Assembly (NCBI RefSeq): GCF_963676685.1
Contig: NC_092357.1
Span: 5,766,001 to 5,830,000, forward strand
Direction of reading: 5' to 3'
DNA length: 64,000 bases
Source of the DNA: Mytilus edulis
Taxonomy: Eukaryota
Shown piece after piece: positions 10,522 through 22,100 of this stretch. Made by a program: the position numbers and the translations under genes. Numbering within the stretch: the first letter of the stretch is position 1; every line of letters starts with the position of its first letter. The notes beneath the pieces are model-generated. The model did not search any database. It was not told the DNA's origin and worked only from the letters and a program-made list of their open reading frames with translations.

Positions 10522-11707
10522 TATTAAAGTTACAAATTAATGATCTTATTAGCTTTGATATATTAACTATAGCATGCATAGTACTGCTCATATTTACTAT
10601 AAGATTGACATAAATATACATCATTTTAATAAAGTCATATTTATAGCACAATTTTCTATAAAATAAAAACATATAATATTTACCAGTAGTTATACCCTGG
10701 TGTGACCTCCACATAATTATTGATACGCTACTAAACCACGGGTCTATCGTGTGCCCTTTAATACATGTTGATACATACCAATAAAGATAATTGGCTAAGT
10801 TCAGAAAAAAGACATACATAAATTTTATACATTCCCTGTGTGAACTATGTGCTTTCGATTTTGTATACAATCTATTCGATATTTTATTTATCAACGCATT
10901 ATGTATTCGATTAAGTTGTGTAATGGAATATCTTTGTGAAAGTTCGAAACAAAAAGATTCTTCCGCTTTGTGTGTGCATGATGATGTAATTGTATTTACA
11001 AGTCTGCCAATTTTATAAGACAAAATTTCAACCGGGATATAAGTGATTTGTGTATTATACACTTCTACACTGCTTTGCATCTTTAGCTCAACAAATTGAA
11101 TCTGAAGTTTATCAAGTGTTGGATTGTATAAATATGTGTGCGGTTTTTCAATCAATTGTTTTGGATTATATAACCATGAGTGGTTCATGTGACCATATCT
11201 ATATTTTGCAGGTAAGTAACTATTTTTTATAAACATTTTATTATCGTATGTTTTATTGAATTTCAGGTGTTGTTGAGAAAATGTTGTACTGAGACTAACG
11301 AATCTCGTGTATGGCTTATCGTTGATTGACACTGCGTGTTGTGTTACTAAAAATAGCATAGGTAAAAACCCAAATAGTCTACTTGTTTTGATAATATTGA
11401 ACAGCTGATTTCTAAAAGTTTGTTCTATACAAGATTGTTCTATACGAGAGTCATTACTATAACTTTCAATAGTTTTGTAGCAATTTGTACATATTGATTT
11501 TACTACTAAGTCGTTAATCTGTCTAAAGATTGTTATACCCGTACATAATATTGGTACATAGAAGACATATAGTATTTTAACAACTTTTAACACATTCAAT
11601 TTTATCACATTCAATTTGTTACATCTGTTATACACTTCTCTACAACATGATTGAACTCTTTCAAAGAGCTTAAAACTTTTATATACTTTTATTAAAATTT
11701 TTTTCAT
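10499..11707 (-). CDS. Extra 402-aa ORF of unknown function between LINE ORF1 and ORF2, predicted membrane-associated
   Basis: ATG-initiated and uninterrupted for 402 codons in very AT-rich DNA; inside the TSD-bounded element; overlaps the ORF2 start by 23 nt; several hydrophobic stretches; no recognised domain. Confidence 0.75.
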   Translation of the reverse strand: MKKILIKVYKSFKLFERVQSCCREVYNRCNKLNVIKLNVLKVVKILYVFYVPILCTGITIFRQINDLVVKSICTNCYKTIESYSNDSRIEQSCIEQTFRNQLFNIIKTSRLFGFLPMLFLVTQHAVSINDKPYTRFVSLSTTFSQQHLKFNKTYDNKMFIKNSYLPAKYRYGHMNHSWLYNPKQLIEKPHTYLYNPTLDKLQIQFVELKMQSSVEVYNTQITYIPVEILSYKIGRLVNTITSSCTHKAEESFCFELSQRYSITQLNRIHNALINKISNRLYTKSKAHSSHRECIKFMYVFFLNLANYLYWYVSTCIKGHTIDPWFSSVSIIMWRSHQGITTGKYYMFLFYRKLCYKYDFIKMMYIYVNLIVNMSSTMHAIVNISKLIRSLICNFNNGFSTYN

Positions 11708-11918
11708 GTATTTGATATAAAATAAAATTTCAGCAAAACAAAAAAGTAAGCTGAGACATATAAAACATTCACTTATGTTTTTTTATGTATGATTGGTTAA
11801 CTCTTAATCTGAGCTTGAATTTGTTGTACATATTTTAAATATTTTTGTAGTTTAATTTATATGATAAAACTATAATACAATCCTTTAATGTCATTAAGAT
11901 ATTAATTTGAACATTTGA

Positions 11919-13208
11919 TTATGCTTTAGCTTTTTTAGTTCCATGAACTCCAGTAGTTTTCTCATGTAGAGCTTCAGTTGGTGTTGGTGGTGTTCTGTCT
12001 CCTGCATTAACTGTTCTTCTATGTGGTGTTCTGACAAACCTCTCCATAGATGGTTGTGTTTTGTCTGTGTTACCACTATTGCTAAGATTGGTTTTTTGTT
12101 GTCCTGACTTGTTTGCATGTTTCTTGCTACCACCTTTTGTGTTTTCAGATGTTTTTGAAGAAGGAGATTTTGTTGGAGTTTTTGTAAGTTCTACACTCTC
12201 CTCCTGTACATTGTCATCACCAGACTCCATGCAATTCTGCTCTAATTGCTGATTATTCTCATCTTTGTCCTGGAAGTTTTTTTGACAGTCAATCATTTTG
12301 TGTCCACTCTCTTTGCAAATTTTACAAGCCCAATCATTAGGGCACTGGAACAGCATATGTCCTGGTTGAAGGCATTTGTGACAAATTCTTTCTTCTGAAT
12401 TGTTATTTCTGTTTTCGAATTCAGGTTGGCCTGAATGGAAAATTCTGCCCATGTATTTTCCAATTTGCAAATTTCTAGGTATAGGTTTATCTAGTGTCTT
12501 GCTAATCACTAGTCTATCACCAGTCTCACAGTTGGTTACTTTTCCGTCTATGCGCAAACGCTCCCTAAACAATCCCTGAATTTTACAGCCTTGAAGGGAT
12601 AGGGCTCGATGTATTTGCCCATCGTCCGCAGAAAGGGGGATGTTCTTCACCTTTATGCGGATTGTGTCACTTTGTAACGTAGATGGATTGTGAGGGTTTT
12701 GTGAGAGAAGGGGTACTTGCCTGCCACGTAAGTTTAACCCCTGTACTAACAAAGACAGTCTGTCGCCCTCATTGTCCATGTATATACGCCACATCTCTCT
12801 TATTCTTTGTATCCCCTTAATGCACTCTTCTGGGACTTTAGCACCAATTGACTTGTATATTTCGACATTTGTGAGCCATTGGGTGCGAGGAGGTTTGACC
12901 GAGCCATGAACATCTTGATCTTTCAAGAAAATAGGTTTTACAAAATCGCCCGGGTCACTTTGTTCTCTTGGTGCTTTATAGTGAGTATTATTCTCTGTAT
13001 ATGATTGATCAGATTGAATGTTACTTTGATTTTTGTGAATATCTGAAACTGCCTCGGCGTACGTCGCCATTTTGTCATTGTTTACATCTGAACTGACCGT
13101 CGCTTCATTTTGTAATGTAAATGTATCAGTACCCTGTAGACCTTCTATAAGCCTTTGAAGGCGATCCTGAGTCATTTTTCTGCATAATGCTTCTACTTCT
13201 GCATTCAT
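11919..13208 (-). CDS. LINE ORF1 nucleic-acid-binding protein (Tx1-type: RRM-like region plus two CCHC zinc knuckles)
   Basis: 429 aa; CHKCLQPGHMLFQC and CKICKESGHKMIDC knuckles; IRIKVKNIP...ETGDRLV segment typical of Tx1/L1 ORF1; low-complexity S/T/K tail. Confidence 0.9.
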   Translation of the reverse strand: MNAEVEALCRKMTQDRLQRLIEGLQGTDTFTLQNEATVSSDVNNDKMATYAEAVSDIHKNQSNIQSDQSYTENNTHYKAPREQSDPGDFVKPIFLKDQDVHGSVKPPRTQWLTNVEIYKSIGAKVPEECIKGIQRIREMWRIYMDNEGDRLSLLVQGLNLRGRQVPLLSQNPHNPSTLQSDTIRIKVKNIPLSADDGQIHRALSLQGCKIQGLFRERLRIDGKVTNCETGDRLVISKTLDKPIPRNLQIGKYMGRIFHSGQPEFENRNNNSEERICHKCLQPGHMLFQCPNDWACKICKESGHKMIDCQKNFQDKDENNQQLEQNCMESGDDNVQEESVELTKTPTKSPSSKTSENTKGGSKKHANKSGQQKTNLSNSGNTDKTQPSMERFVRTPHRRTVNAGDRTPPTPTEALHEKTTGVHGTKKAKA

Positions 13209-13493
13209 TTTCAGCTTTTTCCAACTAGTTAAATCACTTTTTTATGGAGTATTGTACGATACGTCTTAACATATCAAGGGACGTTACTCTAAAGATTGAT
13301 AATATTTATTTTATATTCATACCTGTAAATATATAAATATAAATAGGTTTTTTAATATTAAGATGTTAATACTTCAAATCACTCTCTTCAGTCAAACAGA
13401 AAACCAGCATGGTACCAGCATGGTACCGATTTATCATGGCATAGATCATATTTATGAGTGACTAGTTAATTTATTTCATAATTTAGGATATAC

Positions 13494-13728
13494 GAGGGCC
13501 CTCATGGGGTTTTTGATTATGTGATTACTTGGCCGTTTTTTTAATGATTATTTGATTATTAAGCCAAATATTTCATGATTATTTGATTACCTAGGACTGT
13601 ATTTTTAGTTTATGGTTATTTGATTACTAAAGATAAGCGAATATTTAATGATTATGTGATTATATTGGCAAAAAAATGGTGATTATGTGATTACTAGGAC
13701 CCCCCCCCCCCCCCCCATGAGGGGCCTC
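13494..13728. mobile_element. MITE with 6-bp TSD and internal tandem TGATTA(T/C) repeats
   Basis: TIR GAGGGCCCTCATGGGG / CCCCATGAGGGGCCTC; ATATAC at 13488..13493 and 13729..13734; about six copies of tgattat(g/t)tgatta at ~30-bp spacing. Confidence 0.85.
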
Positions 13729-13981
13729 ATATACGGCCGATATGACGTCTTACACTTTACTAATTACAATTAAAAGAAGAAGCAAAACAGAACAACGAAA
13801 TAACACTCAACAAAAACGACAACATACATAGAAACGGACTATGTAAAAATAAAATGCAATATTTTTATCAACTACACCGAATGTGTAAGATTGAGCAGCA
13901 GCCTGGAATTGATAAAATCATTTAGAGTATAGTAATAAGTCTTAATTTGTAAAAACAAAATACACTATCCATAGCATTTGC

Positions 13982-14203
13982 ACGGGTGCCGCATGTGGAG
14001 CAGGATCTGCTTACCATTCCGGAGCACCTAAAATCACCCGCAGTTTTTGGTGGGGTTTGTGTTGCTAATTATTTAGTTTTATATGTTGTGTCATGTGTAC
14101 TATTGTTTGTCTGTTTGTCTTTTTCATTTTTAGCCATGGCGTTGTCAGTTTATTTTCAATTTATGAGTTTGACTGTCCCTTTTGTATCTTTCGCCCCTCT
14201 TTT
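13982..14203 (+). mobile_element. 3' UTR fragment of the Penelope-like family
   Basis: Near-identical to the reverse complement of 2540..2760. Further copies at ~17580..17770, 19447..19625, 24542..24587, 34793..34950, 35693..35870, 38850..39005, 45775..45910, 47900..48160 (+) and 28080..28350, 39940..40060, 43330..43500, 59055..59230 (-). Confidence 0.85.
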
Positions 14204-16221
14204 TTAACATATACAATTTCAAAATTTGATGTGTCTCTTAATTGGAATCTATCTATTTTTACACGAATAGCAACCTAAAATTTAGAAAAGAACACCGAAC
14301 AAAATTAAAAGAGATCAACAAGTGTTATTCGACAATAGAATAAGGTGTGAAAACATTTGTATTATTTTGATATGAAAATAAAATATTTGACAGCTAGTTG
14401 ATTCTGGATATATGCCCAATGGTATCATGTTTTTAAACAGTTGACCAGTAAGGGTTTTATCAATTTTGAGATTTCTATGGATGAAGGGATAGATCATAGA
14501 TGAATCAGGGATGGTCCATGCAATAAGTCAGTCAAAATATCAAAATAAAGTAAATAAATATAACGAAAGGACCATAGAACACATGATGTTATAATAAACA
14601 ATAACACACGGAAGTGGTTCCTAATTCGCTTTTTTTGTAATATCAGTAATCAAACTGTTAAACAAGGCTTCGTGTTGGAGATATTGATATGTTTTAGAAA
14701 TCATAGAAATTCATCAATATAACTTAGTTAGAAACAACATTTGTGTTACATAATTGGTAAACTGTGATTGACATTGATTGAAACTGTGTGATTATCGTCA
14801 CGTATTGAAGGATGTAGAATCCAGCCTATCCCTCGCCTGTCCTCACATAAAATGAAACCTCTCCCTCGCCTGCCCTCGCATACAATCCAAACATTAAAAA
14901 AATCGTATATTGTAATTTTGATGAATACGTTTTCGTATTGTCTATAAAAAAAAAAGAAGGTGTGTTATGATTTCCAATGAGACAACTCTCCACAATAGAC
15001 CAAAATGATTCAGAAATTAACAAGTATATGTCATCGTACGGCCTTCAACAATGAGCAACGCTAATATCGCATAGTCAGCTTTAAAAGGCCCCGAACTGCC
15101 TTTGTAAGTACTTTCTACGTCATACTGTTGTTATTCACAGAAAATACGGTAGCTGTTCTGATATTTCTTCATCGATTAGTGCATCGGTTCAAATTTCTTT
15201 GTAACATTTTGAGGTGTCAAGTTTTTGTTTTATTTTGTACATCAAATAAAATATGACCACAGTTTTGATCATGATGAAAAATGTTCAGTAAAAAAATAGA
15301 GACAATTTTCTCTGTCTTTTTATAGATATGTCGAGAATAATGTAATAAAAAGTAATACTATAAGTAAATACCCAATGCAATGAGTTGTAGTCAATTTTTT
15401 AATCCTACATATTATAGCGTTAACGTTGCTACTTGATAACTTTGCAGTCGTTATACTCAAGCAGTACAATAAGTCATAATATTATTGAATGATTGGCGTT
15501 TTCTTTAGTTTAAAGTCATAATAAAAATAAAAAAAAGAATATCGAATCGAAGCATCCTGATATCATAGATCTATAATTCTATCAATGTGAGAAAGAGTTG
15601 AAAGCAACCATATAAATATTCAAATTCGCACATCGGAGACATACTAACATTGTCATTGAAAAGAAAAAAACGACACAAAAAACAAACAGTTTCATCATAC
15701 ACAACACAGTAAGCTTAATACCGGGCAACATAAACTCAACCAATGTTTTAGTTAAATAATATTTTGTATTTTGGTATATATTATAAAAAAAAAGACATGA
15801 AAAGATAAATTTTTAAATTCACATTCCATTATTCAGTTATTCATTCGAGCTCTATATTTTTGACGTTTTATTAGGGACTTTCCGTTTTTGAATTTTCCTC
15901 AGAGTTCCGAAATTTTGTTGTTGCACCTTTTTGTCTTCTTTAGATCACATATGTATTTCGAAATTTTTCTTGTGAAATCCTAACGCTATATAACATGTAT
16001 AACTTGGCATAACATGATTCTTGTTAACAATTTTAAACATTTTTCTTAAATTTTAAAAACGTCACGATATAAATTACATTTTATCAAAGTATAACAATAG
16101 CTGTCTTCTTAATTATACCCTATTCTATATGTTTGCTGTGGTAGTTTATATGTTGATCTCCCCTTATTTAAAATATCTAAATCTTAGTCTTAGCTAGCTT
16201 ATTTAACAAAATCCTTAGATA

Positions 16222-16510
16222 TAAAAAAAAAAGAAGAGATGGTTTGATTGCCAATGAGACAACTCTCCATAAGAGACCAAAATGACACAGAAATTAACAA
16301 CTGTAGGTCACCGTACGGCCTTCAACAATGAGCACAGCCCATACCACATAGTCAGCTATAAAGAGCCCAGAAATGACAATGTAAAACAATTCAAACGAGA
16401 AAACTAACGGCCTTATTCATGTACAAAAAATGAACGAAAAACAAATATGGAACACATAAACAAACGACAACCACTGAATTACAGGCTCCTGACTTTGGAC
16501 AGGCACATAG
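16222..16510. repeat. Dispersed SINE-like repeat family S1
   Basis: aagaaga...gattgccaatgagacaactctcca.aagagaccaaaatgacacag...ccgtacggccttcaacaatgagc. Other copies at ~14945..15095, 21013..21145, 21383..21580 (variant), 37750..38004, 38673..38812, 41042..41222, 44531..44760. Confidence 0.85.
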
Positions 16511-16778
16511 ACAGGAATCTTTCTTCGTTACATGTATCAATGTGAACATCATACGATCGTTTTTTAATGACAGCTGACCTCATTCACGAAGGTCGATTTA
16601 AAATGCTTAACAAAACGCACGTTTTTTCTGTTTAAGAAAAGTGCAAACTTTAAGGTAAAACAAGCTTATTAAAGATTTATCGTTTTAAGAGTCAAACTTT
16701 TCTTATACAAGTACCCATACCAGTACAAAGAGTTAACAAAGTGTTACCACTCAAATACGAGTCATAAAAAATTGTTCA

Positions 16779-16918
16779 GGGGCCGGCTGAAGGACGCCTT
16801 CGGATGCGGGAGCTTCTCGCTACATTGAAGACCCATTGGTGGCCTTCGGCTATTGTCTGCTCTATGGTCGGGTTGTTGTCGCTTTGACCCATTCCCCATT
16901 TCCTTTTTCAATTTTATT
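16779..16918 (+). repeat. Dispersed repeat family H (structured GC-rich core, tail ttgacacattccccatttccattctcaatttt)
   Basis: Also at ~33530..33690 (-) and 54478..54722 (+); its 3' tail forms the 73-bp satellite. Confidence 0.8.
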
Positions 16919-18826
16919 GTATATTGTATTTTTATCAGTTTGTTATTTCATAAGATAAAACATTTTCTACGTCATACTACATGTTAACATTTCCGCTATA
17001 TAATCACGGTGATAGTATACATGTACTTTCTTCATAACTTTAATTTTACATACATACCGTTATATAGGCCGTGAATTGGCATATAATCGATTATTTTTTA
17101 TAAATTGTTATTTGGATGGAGAGTTGTATCGTTGGCACGCATACCACATCTTCCTATATCTATATACGAGATGTGTTTAGAACTTGTTTTCGCCTCTTGC
17201 ATTCAAAGAATTAAAATAGTATTTCAAATATATCAGAAGTCTTAAAACGGGTAGTTTGTTCTTAACATCATCTGAAACGTCTTAACCTAAAAAAATAATT
17301 AAGTCTTGTAAAGGGACATTATCGTATTGTAAACTCACTGATGTTCCGACTATTGCTTGCAGTGCAGCATGTAGTTTATTTTTGACAACATGGTATTTAA
17401 TTGCACAGTAAATGCCATTGAAAACTACTGAAAGTTTGAAAATAGACTGAACAGCTCGTATTAAACAAACTGCACACAAATGAACTGAATTGTACTGAAT
17501 TCACCGTTATGAATTATGACTCGCAGACTGAACATGAGTTATGATATATTTTATTTTGTCATTTAAAAATTTTACTGCTGACCCTTCCGGAGCATCTGAG
17601 ATCATCCCCAGTTTTTGGTGGGGTTCATGTTGCTTATTTTTTAGTTTTATATGTTGTGCCATGTGTACTATTTTATGGCTGTTTGTCTTTTTCATTTTTT
17701 GCAATGAAGTTGTCAGTTTATTTTCGATTTATGAGTTTGACTGTTCCTCTGGTATCGTTTGTCCCTCTTTTAATACCGTATCAGAAGAAAATAACTGTTT
17801 GAGTGTTAATTACTAATGATATATTACCTTTTGTTCTTAAATTGTGTCTAAAAGAGGGGCGAAAGATCCCAACGGAAACTCAAAGTCATAGATGATCGAA
17901 AATAAACTGAATAACATGCGTCAGTAATGGTTTACTTTTATAAATTGTTATTTGGATGGAGAGTTGTCTCATTGGCACTCATACCAAATCTTCCTTTATC
18001 TATTGAATGAGAAATCAAACTTTTCTATTTATTAAAAACGGTGAAAAAAATGTAAATGCGTAGCTTAAATGTAATGTCAATGAGGAATTCCATTTCCGTT
18101 TCAATTTGAAATATCTTAATAGCCATGACGGATGTCGCTATTGTAAATCAGCAAATTGAATGTCTAAATACAAGTTTTCTTCTTTTAGACAACAAGTATT
18201 TCCTGTTTTTCAAAGCAAATGATGAGGTAAAAATATGATATGGAGAAGTTGGGCCACGAAACATGTACACCACAATTAACAGATTCTGTTTTTAAAGTCT
18301 ACAAATAAAACCCTAAAACGTAACATTAATGTAATTGTAATTAATGTATCTACTTCATATCATTTGTTAAAACAACTAACTTTTAATACCAGTATTCACC
18401 ATTAGAACTCTTGATTTGTTTTTACAAGAAGGATTATTTTTCAAAGAAAACAAAGCAATCATCTTTTGATAAACGCCTTTAAAAAGCAGATGACATCATT
18501 CTTAAGCCAGGTGATATAACAGAGACTCAAATGCTTTTGTTAAATACGATAAAATCAGTAGTTACACATTCCTCTTATATGAAAGTCGAATTATGTCGTT
18601 TCAACACTTAAACTTCCATGTTGAATACATGAATAGTATCATGTACGCAACAATGTGCTTACAAAAACATTTCCGATTACATGGTCACGTGTCACATACG
18701 TTGAGCCAGGATATCCCTATCTAATTCATATTCGATTATATACGATTTTTACGTCACGATGCATTTTAACCGACTTCCTGACATTCTGTTACTACGATTT
18801 ACAAACTCTATTTTAAGTTATCCTTT

Positions 18827-19140
18827 ATAAAAGAGGGACGAAAGATACCAGAGGGACAGTCACACGCATAAATCGAAAATAAACTGACAACGCCTGGCTA
18901 AAAATGAAAAAAGACAAACAGACAAACAATAGAACACATGACAAAACATAGAAAACAAAAGAATAAGCAACACGAACCCCACCAAAAACTAGGGGTGATC
19001 GCAGGTGCTCCGGAAGGGTAAGCAGATCCACATCCGTCGTGATGCTTATGGTATTACAAATCCGGTAAATAGTTTTATTCGGTAGCTCACATTCATTAAA
19101 AGGGAAGGGGATTGTAGTTACGACGTAAGGAACAAATCCG
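18827..19140 (-). mobile_element. 3' end fragment of the Penelope-like family
   Basis: Collinear with 2540..2860, including the ORF stop region (gttacgacgtaaggaac). Confidence 0.85.
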
Positions 19141-22100
19141 TTAACGATATGATTGGCTATTTAGACTAATGTTTGAAACATTTGAAAAAACCTCAACAAA
19201 CAATTTGACACTACATGAAGTAAAACACCAAGTTGGAAAAGTGGGAAAACACCAACAGACTATATTTATCTGGTATCATTGTTCTAATTTGGTTATTAAT
19301 TTCAACATTTACCTTCACAACCCATCAATTAAGGCTCTTTTCATTTATTGAAGAAATAAACAACATTAAGATTCATTTATAACATCCCGAAGATTGTTAA
19401 TCGTATAGCATTGGAAAACGGTAATATTGCTGTTTTTTATTGATAATCCGGAGCACTTGAGATCACCCCCAGTTGTTGGTGGGTTTCGTGTTGCTTAGTC
19501 TTTAATTTTCTTTGTTGTGTCTTCTGTACTATTATTTTTCTGGTTTTTTTTTAGCCCTGGCGTTGTCAGTTTAATTTTAATCTATGAGTTCAAATGTCCC
19601 TCTGGTATCTTTCGTCCCTTTTTTTGAAGTTGTTTTAACGGTGAGCTACTATATATTGCCCTTTTCCCGTAATTCTAAGTCGTTGGAGAGTGACGTCGTA
19701 TTATTTTGCATTATACACTTTGCAAGATATTAATTGATTCGGATCGACGATGAATGGAATCCAATCATAACAGCATCTACTTAAGTTAACAGAAATTATC
19801 TCTTTATCATTATTTTATTACGTGCTATAAAGAACCGTTGTGACCGTTTTATAACTGTAATGAATCTACGACATCATTTTCCGTTGTCTAGTATAAAAAC
19901 GTTTAATCAACAGAAAAAAGAATAAATACTTTCAAGGTCGTATTCACAGGGAAGAAAAGTAGGCAATGAGGTTAGAACATTCTTCTAACATATATCATTT
20001 CATTTGACTTAAAAACTGATATTAAATAGTCATTTTCTTTTTTCTAAATTCACGTATTCGAAAAACCTTTCTAGAAATATAAGTTGTTTGCACAGAAATC
20101 TTAATATATTTTCTTCCACGTAAATCGTCGTTGATGTGTACTGGGACATCATAATCTTGAAATGATACTCAAGATGTAAACATAGGTTCCCTGTGCGTTT
20201 AATTTTCTTTGTATAGCATAAATTGAAACATTTCCTGTAGATTCTTATATATATTGTAATATTCTAATTAATCTCCGCTTAAAGTCAAAATCAACTAATA
20301 CAATCATTTAATTTCAATCCACTTTAAAATTTACTGTATAAACTGTTTTGAAATAACATCAACACGAAAGTTGGACATACAATCATTTCATCTTACGGTA
20401 TACTCAAACTAACGCATGATCATATTATAAATCATGGATTTAAACATCAATTCAATGAACACCAATATATTCAAATTATAATAGATCGTATAGAAATTTT
20501 CTTTACTTGGAAATGACCAGACATTACTGTTAGTATGTTGTTGCGTTTTGATAAAGATAAATGTGAAATACATTTCTTATCTGATTTACGTCATTGAATT
20601 CCATAGGAGAAAGTTTTGTTTGCAAATCTAATTCATTTTTGTCCACAACAGAGAATCATGATGCCGATAAATGAAATCTTCGTCAATCTAATTGGAATCT
20701 AACGAGAAAACGTCACTTCCGGATAATAACAGGATTAAATGTAAAAGACTAGGCCGCTTTATAGATAAAATCAGCGTCGAATAATATGATTATTTGTATA
20801 TTTGTAGAATTGATCAAAACATCCCTCTCGATGCCAATTGATATCGGTTTATGAATATGAAAAATATTTTTTTCAATCAATTAAAGCCGGTAATGTTGAG
20901 ATATCAAAGTCGCAAATTTAGCTTTATACACAAGCAAAATTGTTAATGATTTGTGAACTCCGTGAAGTTCTTATTTTTGTTGTTCTTGAAAAGTAAAGAA
21001 TACTCTTTAAAATTGCTGACTATGCGGTATGTTTTTTGCTCATTGTTGAAGGCCGTACGTTGACCTATAGTTGTTAATTTCTGTGTTATTTTGGTCTCTT
21101 GTGGAGAGTTGTTATTGGCAAATCATACCACATCTTCTTTTTTTCTAACACTTATCTCCGAAGGAAAGAATAAATCAAGGTTTTAAATTCCTCTTGATAA
21201 CGTTCGAAATGCGACTTTAATTAGGAGCTAGGTTAATGAGGCAAAGTTTATTTTTATATTTCAATTATAGACAGTAATCCTTGAAATAGAGAAGATAAAG
21301 GGTTCCTTCTTAAAAAAAAAAGTAGTAACATATATACCGAACTTTAAGGTAAATTACAAAATGTGAACTCGTTTTTTTTTGTATAGATTATACCGTTGTT
21401 TTTTCCGTTTGAATGGTTTTGCACTAGTGATTTTGGGGCCCTGAATAGCTTGTTGTTCGGTGTGAGCCAAGGCTCCATGTTGAAGGCCGTACCTTGACCT
21501 ATAATGGTTTACTTTTATAAATTGTTATTTGGACGGAGAGTTGTCTCATTGGCACACATACCACATCTTCCTATATCTATTGACAACATCATATGCTCGA
21601 CTATGTAAAGGAAGTTAACTTGTAGAAATCAACTGCCATTTGCCTTACTTTGTAAAGGCATTTTCTGACAACAATATTAGGTAGAACCCTTGTTTAATAG
21701 CTAACCGAAACTCCCATTTACATGACAGTCGCTCTTAGCTACTTATATTTAAATACAAAATAAAGTTTAAAAGAGGAAAGTCCATAGAAACTGAAAATAA
21801 ACAAACGCACTGACTATTTCAACCACATAGTATTTAATTTAGCAACTACAATATACACATTAAGAACTTTAATCCGTTAAAATCATAAAATGATTTGTAC
21901 TTTGGTTGTGTACATCCGAATTAACTGTTTTATTGGTTTAACAATAGAATATATTAAAATGTAATTGCATGTTTATTTTTATTAAAACAAAAGATATGTA
22001 TAATTTTTTTTAAATGTATTATATATTTGTTTTTTATCATAACAATTTGTCAGTAGCAATTTTCAGTTGTATCGGATCTATACATGAGACGTGGATGCAG

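Larger units (their letters stand above)
6537..13290 (-). mobile_element. Full-length L1/Tx1-clade non-LTR retrotransposon with three ORFs
   Basis: TSD AAAGATTGATAATATTT at 6520..6536 and 13291..13307; poly(A) as the T-run to 6553; minus-strand AATAAA at 6567..6572; 82-nt 5' UTR; ORF1, extra ORF and ORF2 all co-oriented. Confidence 0.95.

Noticed and set aside
8168-12252. Short antisense or alternative-frame ORFs within the LINE (8168, 8555, 10184, 10791, 11050, 11894, 12061)
   Set aside because: 60-85 aa shadows of long coding frames with no independent support.
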